Source of the DNA: Polyangiales bacterium
GTDB taxonomy: Bacteria > Myxococcota_A > Polyangia > Polyangiales > JADJQN01
DNA: 64,000 bases
Direction of reading: 5' to 3'
NCBI GenBank assembly: GCA_964202905.1
Contig: CAXNJO010000003.1
Span: 480,001 to 544,000, forward strand
Shown here: one piece after another, positions 62,680-64,000 of the stretch
How positions within the stretch are numbered: the stretch's first letter is position 1
Layout: each line of letters begins with the position of its first letter
Notes under the pieces: model-generated
Database searches by the model: none
The model's input: the letters and a program-made list of their open reading frames with translations, nothing else
What the model was told of the DNA's origin: nothing
Translations under genes and position numbers: made by a program

Positions 62680-62707
62680 ATACTGCCAGTGTTTCGTTTT
62701 CGTGCAA
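62680..62707 (-). promoter_or_regulatory. rrn promoter (middle; duplicate of the proximal one)
   Basis: TTGCAC-N16-CAGTAT inside a ~278-bp imperfect duplication. Confidence 0.65.
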
Positions 62708-62879
62708 GCTCTTTTTTCGACTCGGAAGCTTTTCTTCCGTCGCTCCGCTTTGCGGAGGGAACTGCTTCACCCGCCGAAGCGGGCGACTTCTGCCAGCGCG
62801 GCCTGCGACGGCCGCCGAACCTGGCAGAGAGCCTTCTTCGTTCGGCTGCTGATGCTGCCGCCCGCCGAAGGGGACGCGG

Positions 62880-62907
62880 ATACTAGCGAAGAGCCTCGCC
62901 GCGTCAA
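62880..62907 (-). promoter_or_regulatory. rrn promoter (distal)
   Basis: TTGACG-N16-TAGTAT, A-tract UP-like element, discriminator CCGCGTCCC. Confidence 0.75.
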
Positions 62908-63219
62908 GACTTTTTTGAGTTTTCTTTTTCCGGCTGGCGTCGTCGCCATGAGACCGGTGGGAGGCCGGATGCCTCCCGGGAGCGGCCGGCTTGCGCAGCA
63001 GTCTGCGAAGCCTTTTGGAGCGGGCCGTTTTGGGCGACGCACTCAGGGAGACTGCCCGAAGGCTCGTCACCCACCCCTACGCACTCGGAAGCGGTAGGGA
63101 GGCCGTCTCTATCATGGCGGTGAATGCTGTCAACCGTGATCCGTCGATCGGTTGCGGTTATCTTCGCGCGTCTGTCCGGCACTGCGAGAGCGCGGTGTCC
63201 AGCTATAGGGAGATCCTGG

Positions 63220-63714
63220 ATGAAACGTTTCGCAATCGCGGTCTGTGTGTCGTCGCTCGTGGCGTGCGTGGCGGTGTCGTTCGCCGATCTCGGGGGCGCA
63301 CCCGGGCTTGGTCCTGAGCGCGTCGAGGCTCAGGCTCGCACGAAGCGCCCGCCGCGGACGAAGCGGGGCGGTCGGGCACCCGTGGCCGCGCCGAACGCGC
63401 CGGCGGTCGTCGCGTGCGGCGAAGCCGGACAGCCGAAGTGTCCGCTCGACGCGTGGATGGAGGAGAACGTCGAGCCGGCCGCGGAGCGCGGGGACCTCCC
63501 TCGCCTGGCCGAGCTCTACACGAAGATGGCAGCGTTTGCGCCGGACCCGTCGTGGAACACGGGCGCGACGTCCTGGCGGGCCATCTCGGAGGCCGCGGCC
63601 GAGAAGGCGCGCGCCGGCGACATGCGTGGCGCGCGTAGCGCGTGCAAGTCCTGTCATCAGGCGTGGCGCAGCCGCTACCGCGCCGAGTTCCGCGGTCGCA
63701 CTCTGCCGAACTGA
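63220..63714 (+). CDS. Secreted monoheme c-type cytochrome (helical, cytochrome c'-like)
   Basis: Signal peptide; C-terminal CKSCH; GGGAG RBS. Confidence 0.7.
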   Translation: MKRFAIAVCVSSLVACVAVSFADLGGAPGLGPERVEAQARTKRPPRTKRGGRAPVAAPNAPAVVACGEAGQPKCPLDAWMEENVEPAAERGDLPRLAELYTKMAAFAPDPSWNTGATSWRAISEAAAEKARAGDMRGARSACKSCHQAWRSRYRAEFRGRTLPN

Positions 63715-63791
63715 CGGCGGCGGCGCAGGTTGGCGGCGGTATGGACGGTGCTCGCCCCCGGGGTGCGCGCCGTTCACCGTACGCGGCGGGG

Positions 63792-64000
63792 TCAATCGAG
63801 CGAAAGGACCCAGGCTTCGTCGCCCGGCTCGAGTGCGAGTTGGGCGGCCGTCTCGGGGGGGACGATGAGGGGCATGGCGGAGCGGTCGTCCGTGGGGAGA
63901 ACGACCGGCGAGGCCACCGCGACGAAGAAGGGGGGGCCATCCTGTTCGCGGGCGACGAGGGCGCGCTGCGCGCCGGTGACCGGCGCCACGTCGATCTCGA
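63792..64000 (-). CDS. C-terminal end of a gene, possibly arginine N-succinyltransferase
   Basis: Truncated by the window; ending AQLALEPGDEAWVL resembles AstA C-termini. Confidence 0.4.
   Translation of the reverse strand, partial: EIDVAPVTGAQRALVAREQDGPPFFVAVASPVVLPTDDRSAMPLIVPPETAAQLALEPGDEAWVLSLD

Overview
Very high-GC bacterial DNA. The gene content (PEGA, VWA/TSP3 lipoproteins, FecR-VIT-VWA anti-sigma, Ser/Thr kinase) suggests a myxobacterium, probably Polyangiales-like; this is inference, and the full 16S in the window can test it. About 56 protein-coding genes can be supported, plus one complete minus-strand rRNA operon (16S, tRNA-Ile, tRNA-Ala, 23S, 5S) with three tandem sigma70-type promoters. 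The most notable locus is a divergent lipid gene cluster at 13.8-22.4 kb. One arm encodes a fatty acyl-AMP ligase, ACP, soluble di-iron acyl-ACP desaturase, a second ACP and a thioesterase. The other arm encodes an active ketosynthase, a catalytically dead chain-length-factor-like KS and a serine-palmitoyltransferase-like alpha-oxoamine synthase. Together these look like a dedicated route to an unusual sphingoid or amino-ketone lipid. Other points of interest: three tandem beta-integrin-like VWA/TSP3 lipoproteins, an orphan SctP/SctQ-like pair with an internal start site, an ECF sigma coupled to a ~1430-aa anti-sigma/FecR/VIT/VWA protein, a NosL module without nosZ, a 99-bp tandem palindromic repeat, and apparent frameshifts at 7.8-8.5 kb. 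All functional calls come from motif recognition by eye; no database searches were run.
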